64,000 bases of DNA. It comes from Utricularia gibba. Taxonomy: Eukaryota; Plantae; Magnoliophyta. Below are positions 25,401 to 37,348 of this stretch, in pieces. Each line of letters begins with the position of its first letter. Positions within the stretch are counted from its first letter, which is position 1. Position numbers and translations under genes: made by a program. Below the pieces are notes generated by a model. That model was not told where the DNA came from. It made no database searches and was given only the letters and a program-made list of their open reading frames with translations. The stretch spans positions 3,100,001 to 3,164,000 of the forward strand of contig NEEC01000002.1 of NCBI GenBank assembly GCA_002189035.1. Reading direction: 5' to 3'.

Positions 25401-27852
25401 GCACTTTTCCTCTGAGAAATGTCGTTGCTTCTACCAAATCAGTTTTGCCCCCAGGTAGGTATCAATGTGATGTTCGGCGACGGATCGATCGATGCCTACA
25501 AAATCCGCAGCAGTCCAGGCAAAAATATCGGTGTTCTTCATCAAAAGTTCAACTAACCTTTTCTCGAATCTAGCGTCTAGATTGGCACCGATGCGGGTGG
25601 CTTTCTGCGCATCTTCTGGTATTAGTTGCACCGACTTGTACCCTATTGGTTCTATTGCTTGTCTAGGGGGTTCCTTTTCTACCATCATTACTCTCGACTT
25701 TTTCGCGCAGGGGTCCCGACAAGAAGATACATAACAGGACCGGGCGGTGGTTTGGTCGATACCCATCGTGCAAATGCCCTTCGATGTTGGGAATTTGATT
25801 TTCAAATGCACAGTGGAGGGTAACATACCGAATTGGTTGATGCCACGTCGCCCGAGGATGATGTTGTACGAGATCTCTGAATCTAGGATTAAGAATTCCA
25901 ACCTTTCGGTTCGGCTCCGCCCTGCCGCTTCGAATGTTACGGGCAGGGTTATTTTCCTGATAGTTTGCATGGCCCGCTGGTCGAATGCGTACAACTCCAT
26001 GCGCACATGGCGAATATTTCCCTCGTTAGATGACGCCAGTAACTCGGCCACTTCCTTCTTCATGATGTTGCACGAGGATCCTTGATCGATAAGAATCCTC
26101 CTTACCTTGGTGCTCCCACATATTCCTGACACCACAAGGGGCTCATCTCTCGCGGCTGGGCCAACCGGGACGTCTCTGCTGGAGAAGCTGATCTCTTCCT
26201 TTTCCCAAGCAGCTTTCTCAGTCGGATCATTTCCGATTTCGAAAACTTCTCCTCTTCTGACTTCATTCAAATATCTCTTCCATTCCTTTCCGAACACATC
26301 CATCTCGGTTCCTCCGGATATCATATGGATTTCCTTAATATAGGGGGGACTACCCTGCATTTGATGGGCACTCCGTGAACTTTCCGATATGTCTTGTCCT
26401 TCTCCAAGATTCGGTTCCCTGTTGGTTCGCGAGTTCGCCATCCCTGGTTTTGGAGGGAATTTCGGATATTGGTTCTCCTCGTTCCCCGTTCGCTCGTTAC
26501 GTCCTCTTTTCCGGTCCGTCATTGATGCGGGGTTCCGCATCGCGTTGTTCATCCCTCAACCAGCATGATACTGCTCGATCATCCTCTTCATCAGTCGGCA
26601 GTGGGCAGTATCATGCCCGGTGGTCTTGTGTATTTTGCAATAGGCATCTGTTCTGGTTGGTTCCACCTGATATACTTCACGGCGCTTATTCGGCCTGGGT
26701 CCCCGGTTAAGTTGGGTCTCCTGCTGTGGGACTGGATGAATCTCCACGCGGCTTTTCATCTCGGCCCTGAGGTCGTCGTCCACTCGGATGTACTTCATGA
26801 TTTTCCTTAGCAATTCTCCGAGATTCTTTGGTGGGGACTTCGATAGACTCTGTCCCAATTTCGACGTTCCTAAGGCCCGCTTCATTATTTCCACCCTTTC
26901 TTTCAAATCCAATTGGACATCCTGCGCCAAGCAGTTGAATCGATCGATGAATCTTCGCAAGCTCTCTTTTTGGTGGTCGTACCGAATAGAGTATAGTGAT
27001 GCCTTCGAAGGTGGAGCTTCAATGTTAACAACGTATCGGGTAGTGAAGAGCAGTATTAATTCCCGATAAGATGCCACGCTGCATGGTTCCAACTGTTTAA
27101 ACCAAGTCTTCGCTCCTTTCTGGAGCGAGCAAGCAAACAGCTTACACTTCATGGCCTCTGAATGTCGAACTGTGGACATCCTCATATCGAAGTCGGTTAC
27201 ATGCGATATGGGGTCCCCTTTTCCGTCATACGTGGGTAATCCGTCCGGGACCCTGAATCCTCTCTCGGGCTCTTCTCCGACTAAATCGTCCGAGAAAGAA
27301 TCAAAACGCAGCGTTGTGGTTCCAGCTGCTCCCTCAACTCCACTCTTCAAGGCCAAAGCAATATCGGCCAAAACATCTCCTCTTCCAATGGATACGTTCT
27401 GATCGAAAACGTCCCTGAAGCCTCTATCCTCTCTTCTTCCTACCAACGTCCGCTTGTCGATAAACCTTTTCCTTTCGCGGATCTGGTCTAACTCTCTTTT
27501 CAACTCTTCTTCTCTTTCTTCCAAGATTTTGCTAGTCATGTTCTCCCTATCAGTTCCTGGCTCATAACGACTTGGTTGCGCCTCTTTCTCCGCTGCATTT
27601 CCTCCTCGGTTTCGGATTCAGTCTCCATATCTGGGGGTACTCCGGAATAAGAGGTTGCTTCCTCGTTCGTGGTGCGGTTTCAGGTGTTCTCTCATGGGTG
27701 TTGGAGTTGAGACCTGAAGGTGCCCGGAGGTCGGTAAGGATTTCCGTTAGCAGGGCCTTCAGTTGGTCCCTGCTAGTGATCATAAGGCCGGGGTCTCGAG
27801 CGTCGGCACTTCCGTCATGAGCCGGGTCGGTGGCTGTGCTATTTTCCGCCAT
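22436..27852 (-). pseudogene. gag-pol polyprotein of copy 1 (frameshifts and stops)
   Basis: Gag (KCKLFACSLQKGAKTWF; YCKIHKTTGHDTAHC), protease (ILIDQGSS), RT (WRMCIDFTDLN; YVGDM), RH remnant, archaeal-type RNase H (WAMHVDGS...NNVAEYEAL), integrase HHCC/DDE (GVDIMGP, TDNGTQF) and GPY motif. Confidence 0.92.
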
Positions 27853-27908
27853 GACTCGTGATTAGCGAGTGGCTCCTGTGGGTTTCTCAAATGGGACTGT
27901 GGAACATA

Positions 27909-27926
27909 GCCCCACGGTGGGCGCCA
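27909..27926 (-). other. Primer-binding site of copy 1
   Basis: Minus strand TGGCGCCCACCGTGGGGC lies 4 nt from the 5' LTR. It is complementary to the 3' 18 nt of plant tRNA-Lys(CUU) as I recall that sequence. Confidence 0.85.
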
Positions 27927-27930
27927 AATA

Positions 27931-28467
27931 TGTTGTGGGTGAAATCGGTGTCCGGTGGGAGGCCGGTTTCAGGTAATAGGCGCGGTCGGGAATGTCGCAC
28001 CTAGTCACGTTCTTCACGGTTGGTGCGATTAGAATAAGGGTGAGCAAGGATTTTTTACGTGGAAACCGCCGGAGAGCGGAAAAACCACGGAGCTGCCGGA
28101 GCTCGCCGGAAAAGAGTTTCACTAGATGGAGGTCGCGAAATGGAGAATACAACTTGAAGAAATCTTTTGTTTTTTTTGAGTCCAACCCGGATTTCATCAT
28201 AATTCCTCCTATTTATAGGAGAGCTCACTCTGACCGAATTCTGGTGTCTGCAAATATCGGTTGCTTTCTGCTCCTGCTATACAATCTCGCTTTTCAGATA
28301 TCGGCCACCTGTCATGCCGTAATTCGGCCGCTTTTCAAACTACGTCATATGGCCATACTTGTCAGATTTCTGACAGATGTCGATCTGTCGTCTGGCGTTA
28401 TCCCCTTGGGATCTCATTTGGCAGCCTTTTAGGAACCGATTATATCCGACCGGTTTATCCCCTATCA
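27931..28467 (-). repeat. 5' LTR of copy 1 (537 bp)
   Basis: TG...CA termini; CCTATAAATAG TATA-like box on the minus strand near 28205-28218; adjacent PBS. Confidence 0.9.
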
Positions 28468-30639
28468 ATATTTTAATCATATGAATTCAAAAAAAACTCT
28501 TAAACTTAATTTAAAACTAATAATAATAAAATTTATTTGGAAAAAAAAATTACATACCAGTGTGTTGTTGAATGACTAAATTCATGAAACTTAGTATTAC
28601 ACAAATATACATATCAATACTTGAAAACATTCGACTTTGATTAAAAATCAAAGACAAACTGTCATCTGTTTGATCAAAACGATGACAATACCTCTAAAAA
28701 TCCATTGTTGGATCTATAGCAACATAATTTTCAATAATACTAATAGAATACTTAGTTGAACATAATTATATAAGTTATAAAATCAATGATAGTAGCATTG
28801 ATATTGTGGTATTCCAAACAACCCAAGTAGAAAATCACGGTGGTCAGTCATAACATATACCATTGTTTCCATAAAACAAGTTACCTCCCCAATACAATTA
28901 GATCTCAATTGGAGAGGAAACTATTGAAATTCTGAGAGTAAGACGGGGAGGAAGAATGATAATATGAGAGATGTATTCCATAATATTCTTCGTTTTTGAA
29001 TTTTGAATTGAAAAAAAGACAAATAAATTTAGTGTTACACCAAAATTTTTTTTAAAATTTTAATACTAAAATCTGAACATGTGAGTGTCACATAAATACA
29101 ATACTCTATTTATGTGAATTTTCGTGCAAAAAATAAATACAAAATGCTAATGTGGAAATTTGTTGTACACTATAAGACAAAGTTGATCATGTTTTGGAAC
29201 TCTCTCTCCAACATACTGCGGAAAACGATATATAACTTCATCTTTTTCACCAACATTGCAAATATGGCTACTTCCCTTTGGGATGTTGAACTTGCAAAGA
29301 GCGGATTTCATGCTCATTTTATGCCATTTCATAATGCATGTTGTGTGATAGTGATATTTGGAGGGAAGAGCATTGAGTTTGATTTCATCTTTATATGGGA
29401 TTAGGAGATATACTGTAAGGTCAGAGGCTTTGTGATGATTGCGTATCTCACATTGATTACGGACAGGGGAGGGAAAGTGCTTAAATATAAGGATCCTATT
29501 AATCTTGCATGAGGCCTTTTCCCTCAAAGAGGAGAACGTGAAAACCGTGAGGGTTTGATGCCCAAAGCGGATAATATCATACGAGGCGAGGGCAGGTCGT
29601 GACATTTACTATACTCCTAAAACATGCAACCATGAATGATGAAAACTACAAATGCATAAATATCAAGATGTAAAAATACTAGCACCACACATTAAATTAG
29701 TTACTCCAACAAGGATCTTAGGAAAAATCAAAGATCCCATTCCATGAAAACTAGTGAGTTACAAAATTAGAGAATACATAAATCACTTCATCCTTTGGCA
29801 AAAGAACTCACTCTTTAGTCATGTAGGCAATACTAGTTTCAAGAGGGATCATATCACCTACTACAATTGGCCACCTATACTCATCCTTGCAAGCTTAAAA
29901 TCTATATTTGAGAAGAGTACTCAGATCTGCATTTGTCGTCCATTCTTGCATAATGAAGCAAAAAGATTGATGCGGCTTGGCTAATACAATAGTTTTTATG
30001 AAATTCTATGATAGAAAAGCAAAAAATGATAGGAATCCCAAATTTAATCCTACTGTGAATCATGCTAAAATGATATTCGCATGACATATTACAATACGAT
30101 CAATAAACATAATGAACCAAGCATCAGCTAGGCATTCCTTGGTTCACTAGATTGATGTGACTATTGGTTACAGAAAATTTCTACTGATTGGTTTTGAGTG
30201 GACAGCCATGAAGAAAACATTCTAAAAATATTAAGGTGACACACTGTAACTGGATGATTAAAAAACTACCATAAGATAAGCGAGATTAAATAGTGGCTGT
30301 TAAATGTCATTTTCTAGTTAATTATTAAATATTATTATGTATTAATCTAGTGTTAAGTCGCTCAATTAGGAATTATATTGATAATTAATTGAAGTTTCTT
30401 ACAAAACAGTTTTCACGAAAAACAACTCCCTGAGATTAACACTCGTACTACATTCTTTTGTGTTTTACGTTTTATAAATATTTAAATTTTTTGTGAGGAA
30501 GGTCCATACAACCATGGCGAGAGATGTAAAAATTATGTAACCACCATCTAACATAGAGATGCATAAAACTGATCATATTGAGAACTTACTAAAAACAAAC
30601 ATTGAGCATGCTGTAGAAGAGTATCATCTCCGAAGGTAA

Positions 30640-32460
30640 CCTTATTTATGTTGATGAACTATGCTTTTCCATGCTAGAAGTGGGCAAATTCTCCCACATC
30701 GTATAATAATTGAGCATAAAGGATGCTATACAGCAACATCATGGTATAGGAGTAATGGGGTGAGGAAGAGTTGAGTGTGAGGGGGGAGGGGGGAGGGGGG
30801 AATCAATTTGTTATTGAGGGGATAGACGTGCTTATATAGTCATTAGGAGTAATTTAAAGATCAATTTATCCAATGAAACATGGTGTTGTGTTGTTTGGTT
30901 ATTTCCATGTTTCATTATTTTGTGTATTTAGAACATTGTGATCAACCCTATACTAAATGCTAAGACATTTCCTAAATTGGGTTTTATGTAGGTAATTCTT
31001 GTTGTTTTATTTATACTTTTATTTATCACCTATGCATTTAAGCAAACAATCATATAGTTTATAGATTCTAAAACCAGTTTGTAAGAGAGAGTTACAAAGT
31101 TTTGGGGTGCACCAATAGGTTGCACCAACCACTGATAACAAAATCTCATGGATGAGGTTCATGGGATGCACAAACTCACTACAATTAATTATTCTCTACG
31201 ATTCATGCATGATTCTCAATGGCTTGTGGCAATACAAGAAGAAATGAGATCATTGTGGAAGAATAATACCAATGAGTTGATTTTTTTACCAACGGAGGAA
31301 GACACTTGACAACAAGTTGATTTTCAAAATGAAACAAAACTCAAATGCAAGTGTGCGATATAAAGCTAGAAACAAAGACCCTCAAGTGATAATAACTCAA
31401 AAAATTCAACAAGATCCAAATTTTATCACAATTCACTAGAAATCCGAATAGAAACGAGCACAAGAATTAATAAGTATGATCAATCCTTCAAAAGTATCAA
31501 ACATGAATAGTCTGGCTACTTAAAAGGAGTTGCTAAACTTAGCTTATGGTTTGGCTCAATAAAATTTCAATCGATGTGTATGTTGACTCAAACCTTATAG
31601 AGGATATAGACACAAAACGGTCTTCTATTGGTGTGATCACCATATTAGATGGAGTTAGAGTTTCATATACATATACACTTAAGACGAGTGTTGAATTATA
31701 CTCTATTAAAGCAAAATATATGATCCTTGTAGAAACTTATAAAGAGGCCTTGTGGTTGGATATGTTTCTCAAAGAACTTAGTTTTCATTTACAAGATCAA
31801 AAGGTGCATGTGTATTGCAATAATCAAAGTGCACTAATGCTAAGTAAACATGCTGTGTATCATTCTAGGACAAAACATATTCACATTCACTATCGTTGGC
31901 TATGAGATTTGCTAAAGGAATGAAGATTTGACTAGGTGAAGGTCACGACTGAGTATAATATTTCTGATTTAATAACCGAAGTTCTGTCCTAATCTAGATA
32001 TATTATGTTATTACGAGGGATAGGATTAATGTTGTAAGGTTAAGCTCAATAACACTTCTAGTCAAAAGGAGTGATTATTGATTAAACATGCTTATTCAAG
32101 TTAGGAGTGGGGTAGTTCCTCCTATATTTTACAACGGGGTTGAGTAAGAGTGCTATGTAGCAACATCTTTGTGTGGGAGAAATAGAGTGAGTAGGGTTCA
32201 GTGTTGGGGAGAGAGGAGGGGAGGAAATTTGATTATTTTTCAAGGGATAATCTTACAGATATGTTGTTGGGCATAGTAATAAATTGATTTAGTGAAATAT
32301 AGTGTTATTTGATTTTGTTGTTTCTTTATTTTAGTGTATTATGTACTCACAACATAGTGATCATCTTCATTCTCAATGTTAGGAGGTTTTCCACATTGGA
32401 TTTTACCTAGGTGATTGTTGTTGTTTCATTTCTACTTTTATTCATCACCTAAGAAGTAGG
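30640..32460 (+). mobile_element. Ancient, internally deleted Ty1/copia element with two diverged LTR-like flanks
   Basis: RT start (WLVAIQEEMRSLWKNNT) near 31220 and copia RNase H (KEALWL...VYCNNQSA...YHSRTKHIHIHY) at 31546-31905. Segments about 30640-31060 and 32080-32450 share alignable blocks such as TGCTATxxAGCAACATC and TTTATTxATCACCT. Confidence 0.6.
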
Positions 32461-33531
32461 AATACCATTAAAATGAAAAGCCATACCATTTCTAGAACTT
32501 GGACCCAATCTCTTAGGTGAGTTATAGAGTATATGTTGAGGTACCATTATGTTATGCCAATAATATATCCTCATTATCCACCAGACAAAGGATGATATTG
32601 TGTTTAAAGATTGTCATCACTTTAACCTTTCACATTGCTATAAAAAACATAACATGAAGAAACAAAAATTGTAAAATACTTTTCTATGTGAACATTATAA
32701 TTTTCATAAAATGGTATATGCCCTCAAATATATCACAAAGTGATCTTTTAAATAAATTGAATCCCAATGTCTCTTAAGAATGGATTAGATTTTAGTGAGG
32801 ATGTAGAAATTGAGTCAAATTAAGTAAGTAATTGGCATATGCTAATGTACCTAGTTCAAGCTGAATTCATTCCAGAGACTGATCCGATCGATGATGTGTT
32901 GAATGAAAAACCCATGAAGTGAAACAAATGAACGAATTCAATAGAGGAATTACCAATAATGACAATGTCATGAATCTCTTGAAAGAACAAGTAAAATTCC
33001 ACAAGCCATTTGATAATCTTCTACGAGTTGAAGATGGCAACACATTGTGATATGTCTATTTAATTGGATTATTTTTTTATTCTATTTTTGATCCATTTCT
33101 TTGTCTTTATAAATTTGTTTTTACAGCGAATTAAAATGGTAGTTGCAATATAATGGAAATTTCCAAACTTGATTTTCATATTCTCTTTATAATGCGGTAT
33201 CAAAACAATGATATATGATCCTTGTAGTTGAGTTCTCTGATTTGGAAATACTACTTATACTTGGAGAATGAATGGACTAACAAGACGAGATAATTCTATT
33301 AAAAGATTGATGATTTTATAAGAGAGAATGAAAATTCACTCTATTTCATTGCCAACTCTTATTTTTCGAGTGTAAAATTGGTGGATCGTGTTATAACTTC
33401 TTCTAGTTTCTATGATTGGAGTCAAGGGATTTGTTTTGTATTATAATATAAAGATAATCTTGATGTTATTATCGATGATGCTATGATTTTTGTGATTGAT
33501 TCTAATCATTTTAAATTATGAAAAAAAGCTG

Positions 33532-33827
33532 ATACAAGTTTTTTGAATCCTCTGGCGCTCGTCATAATTCCTTCTATTTATAGGAGATCTGACCGAACCC
33601 TGACATCTGCAAATACCGGCTGCTTTCTGCAACTGCTATACGATCTCGCTTTTCAGATATCGGCCGCCTGTTATGCCATAATTCGGCCGCTTTCCAAACT
33701 GTGTCATATGGCCCTGCCTATCAGATTTCTGACAGATATCGGTCTATCGACTGGCATTATCCCCTCAGAGTCCCCTTTTGGCAGCCTTTTAGGAACCGGT
33801 TACCCTTGACCGATTTACCCCCTACCA
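33532..33827 (-). repeat. Truncated 3' LTR of copy 2 (296 bp)
   Basis: Matches the distal part of 43812-44305; homology starts abruptly at ATACAAGTTTTTTGAATCC. Confidence 0.9.
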
Positions 33828-34336
33828 TTCAGCCCCTCTGATTTGCCGATATTGGCCCTTCCAGGGTAAGTCGGGGAATCAGAATCACTATAATGCCAAC
33901 TTTTGAGATACCGCCTTCCATGCATGAGCCATAAACCGCTTTGTACCGATATCTCCGCCACGCGTCGGTTCGTAAATATGCCACGTTTTTTCCTGCCCAT
34001 CCGGATACCTCAAACGTCGCGTCGCTTCGTCTCCTTAGTCCTTCCATTATAAATATCCGCTCCCCTTGTCATCTCTCCTCTTTGCATTCTTCGTTCGCTT
34101 TCGAGATTCTAGCGCTCTCTGAACTCCGCCGTGCTTGCCACCGTGTTATCCGCCGGAGATTACAGATTTTCCAGGTATCCACTCCTTCTCTGTAACTTTT
34201 TGCATCCCTACGGTTGCTTAATTCCCTTTTAGGTCTTTAGGAATTTTTCACGGGTAGCTATCGCCTTTCTGAGTCGTTTACCCTCTCTAACTTCTGCCTT
34301 GTTCTAGGGTTTGGAGCTTCTTTCGATTTTTCGAAA

Positions 34337-36569
34337 ATGGGTAGGAGATCTAGTGAACTTAATATCCCCTCTCTTCGCATTCGGTACTCGATCCCTACTG
34401 AGTATCAACTTTCTCCTACAAGGGATGCCGAAATCCCTTGGGGGATAGGCGAGGACCCCTTGCCTCCATTCAGTCTTCTGGTTCCGCTTGCCTATTTCAA
34501 GAGTGGTTTACGCTTCCCACTCCATTCTTTAATAGTCCGTTTTCTCTACACCTTTGCGATTCCGCTTTATTGCCTCGCCCCGAATTCCATATTCTGCTTC
34601 ACTACCTTCCTCTTCTATTCGGCCGGTATGGATCCGGTTATGACTCTGGTGGATTTCCTCCATCTCTTCAAGGTTGCCGTACGTAAAGCGAAGTCACCGA
34701 TGGATGGTCAATCCCATTTTCAATTCTGCCGATTTGAAGATAACCCCAACTTTGTTGTTAAAGCCCCCATACCCACCATGATTGGTGGTCTTCTTTCGTT
34801 TGAATAGCTCCCCCTTTGGGTTTTCGGTGGAACTTCCCAGTCGATCCCCCAACTCCTTTCAGGATCAAAATCTTTGGTGCGTATCGGTCTTCTTCCGAAT
34901 CTCGTGAAGCCCTTTACGAGAGGCTTAGTCGAGGCTCAGTTCAGTATGAGTCTCGTGCCTTGATGTTCTTGGGTGAGTCGCTGAAAAGATCTGGTATTAT
35001 CGGTCGTTCTCGGGACCCCCATTGGCCCGATATCATTCCTTTCGACGGCACCGATTCGAGAAACCTTCCTCTTAGCCCCTGTCCATCCTTACCTCTTGTT
35101 TCGGCTTCACCCCGATCCCCCACCTGTTCAAACCGGGGCCCCAAGAAAAAGAAGAGGGTTAAAGCAGTTGCGCACAAACCCTCAAAGAGGCAAAGAGGTA
35201 GTCGGGTTCAGCTTTCCCGAGTTTCAGAATCGGCGCTAAGCCTTATTGCTTTTCCTACTTTCGTTTTCAGTTGAAGAGATGGCTCGAAGAAACTCCCTGG
35301 AAGATTCGGTGATGGCACGGTTCTCTACCGAGATGTAGAGGATGCAGGAACCCGAGGAGCCCTCCCTTGCACCAGTCTGTCTCCTATTTAACAGTTACCG
35401 CGAATTCCCAATTATAACCTTTTTTCGGTTTTTCTTTTAGGCTGATATGATTGGAGCTCAGCTGGATGCCGCCGATCCTTCCTTGGGGGAAGATCAAGTA
35501 GTAGAAGTCTCCGAGATCCGGGAGTTGACTCCCCGTCCTTCAGCCTGGAAAGGGAAAGAGAAACTTCCTCCATCACCCGATCTCAGCGATACTCCCATTC
35601 CTGATGCAAGATTCTTTTCGGCTGGTGCTTCAACATCGGCTCCCCCAATCGGGTTATAGAGGGATTCTGCCCTCACAGAAGTAAGGGACAACCCGGTGCT
35701 TCCTCTATCCTCAGTTCCAGCTGAACTAAGGAGAATCCTGGAGGAGCTATGTCTAATACCTCGGATGTTCGGCCGGAAACGGTACTTGAAGGGATCTGGC
35801 AGGTACGTATCCCGTTTCCTTCTCTAAATTCTAAGTAGTCGGTGCTTGACTTGGATTATTCTTTCAGGCTTTGACTCTTGGGTGGGGAATGGTTAGAGAG
35901 ATTGGTTCTCAATCGGAGGCAGTCTCTCGGCTTCAAGCCTAGGTTGTGGCTTAGAATGCCCAGATAAAGTTGTTGGAGGAGGAGGGGAGTTCGCTGAAGA
36001 CCGTTTTAGGGAAACGCACCCGCTAGGAGGATGAATTGCGGAATGTGATCGAGGAAATGGGAAAGGCGGTTGACGATGCTAAATCGGAGAGGGAGGGCTT
36101 CAAAGTCCGATTTGAGGAGGCAGAAGCGGAGTTAGAGCATGCCAGGGGCCGCATTTCAGCACTGGAGGCCGAATTACTTGATCGAATTGCATCTCGGCAG
36201 GGACTTCTGGATGACTTTGTCAACTCTTCCTGTTTTGCCGAACTCTCCGATATCTATGCAGGAGACTTATTCGGCTTACTTCTATACCGTCAGAGACGAT
36301 AGTTCTGTCGGGAATTTGGGCTTTCAATCATGGATCCGCGCTTCGACAGGATAAACCCCTTGACGAAGGATGAGAACATGCTTGATGTTATCGCAGATAC
36401 TTTCCAGGCCTTGGAGTATGGGTTCGAAGCTGATAGGGAGCGGCTGATCGCGCTGATTCGGGCGAGGATAGGGAGAGAGAATGACGCCAAGTTGAGAGCC
36501 AGGATGGAGCGACATACCGGTTCCTCTGCCAATCCTCCCATTAATCCCCCATCTCCTCCTGCACTTTAG
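34337..36569 (+). pseudogene. Spliced antisense accessory gene of copy 2; exons 34337-35197, 35271-35374, 35441-35802, 35868-36569
   Basis: Homologous to 19390-21642; NLS-like PKKKKRVK; KGKEK motif; several TAG stops at codons that are CAG/CAA (Gln) in copy 1. Confidence 0.8.
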
Positions 36570-37348
36570 TGACCTTTTTAACTTGGTGTATTTTCCCCTT
36601 GCTGTGGGGCTTCTTGAACATTTTTGATATCCCGGTTCGGGATCTCCTTCTAATTTACTCCATTTTTTGCGCATCAATTTTGCCTTTGATGATATGTCTA
36701 TTACGTGCCTAGACTTGGGAGGTTCGCCTATGCTTTTGTGATCTGAGGGTGGGCGTCTCTTCGTCAACCCTTTGGTTGGGTTTTTTGATTTTAGTTTTCC
36801 TTGGTATTTCCTTATGCGAGCTGAACCGCTGCTAGGGAAGTAGGTCGGAACCCCTCATGGGTTGAGCGACTTCCCCAATCCGTAAGGGCCCTCTTCTGGC
36901 CACGCCCCATTGTTTTGAACATGGGGGGATTCGCTTCGGGTGCTCTTGCCGCCTCGAGATTTCGACAATAAGGTCAATACGTAAGGGCTTTTCGGGGCTT
37001 ACGCGTGCGTTTCATATAAACCGGTGCTTGAATTGTACCAGGGCTTATTCTTGTTATTGACGCTTGGGTTTTTGGGGATCACACATATATATATCGGGGA
37101 AACCCCGAGTTGATTTGCTGTATCCCGTAGGGGATGCCGATTTTGGAGATTCGCCTAGGCTTATGTTACTTGGCCAAAGCTTGTGATTTAGATCTCTGAG
37201 GGTCTGCCTAGACTTACGTGACTCAGCCAGGGCTTACGGTTTCGTTTACCCATCTCCACTTTGGAGGAATTTATAGGCCCGTTGGTGTTTTGAAGAAGAG
37301 AATACCGAATTTTGCGCAATCCCGTGATGGAGATTGACATTGGGCTAG

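Larger units (their letters stand above)
18779..28467 (-). mobile_element. Ty3/gypsy Tat-clade (Retand-like) LTR retrotransposon, copy 1, degenerate
   Basis: 5' LTR 27931-28467, PBS, gag-PR-RT-RH-aRH-INT, long 3' region carrying an antisense gene, PPT-like GAGGGGCTGAA (18883-18893, -), and a truncated 3' LTR 18779-18882 differing from the 5' LTR at about 3 positions. Confidence 0.93.

Noticed and set aside
26556-26558. Stop between gag and protease in copy 1, suggesting programmed readthrough
   Set aside because: Copy 2 has a glycine codon at the same position, so it is a copy-specific mutation.
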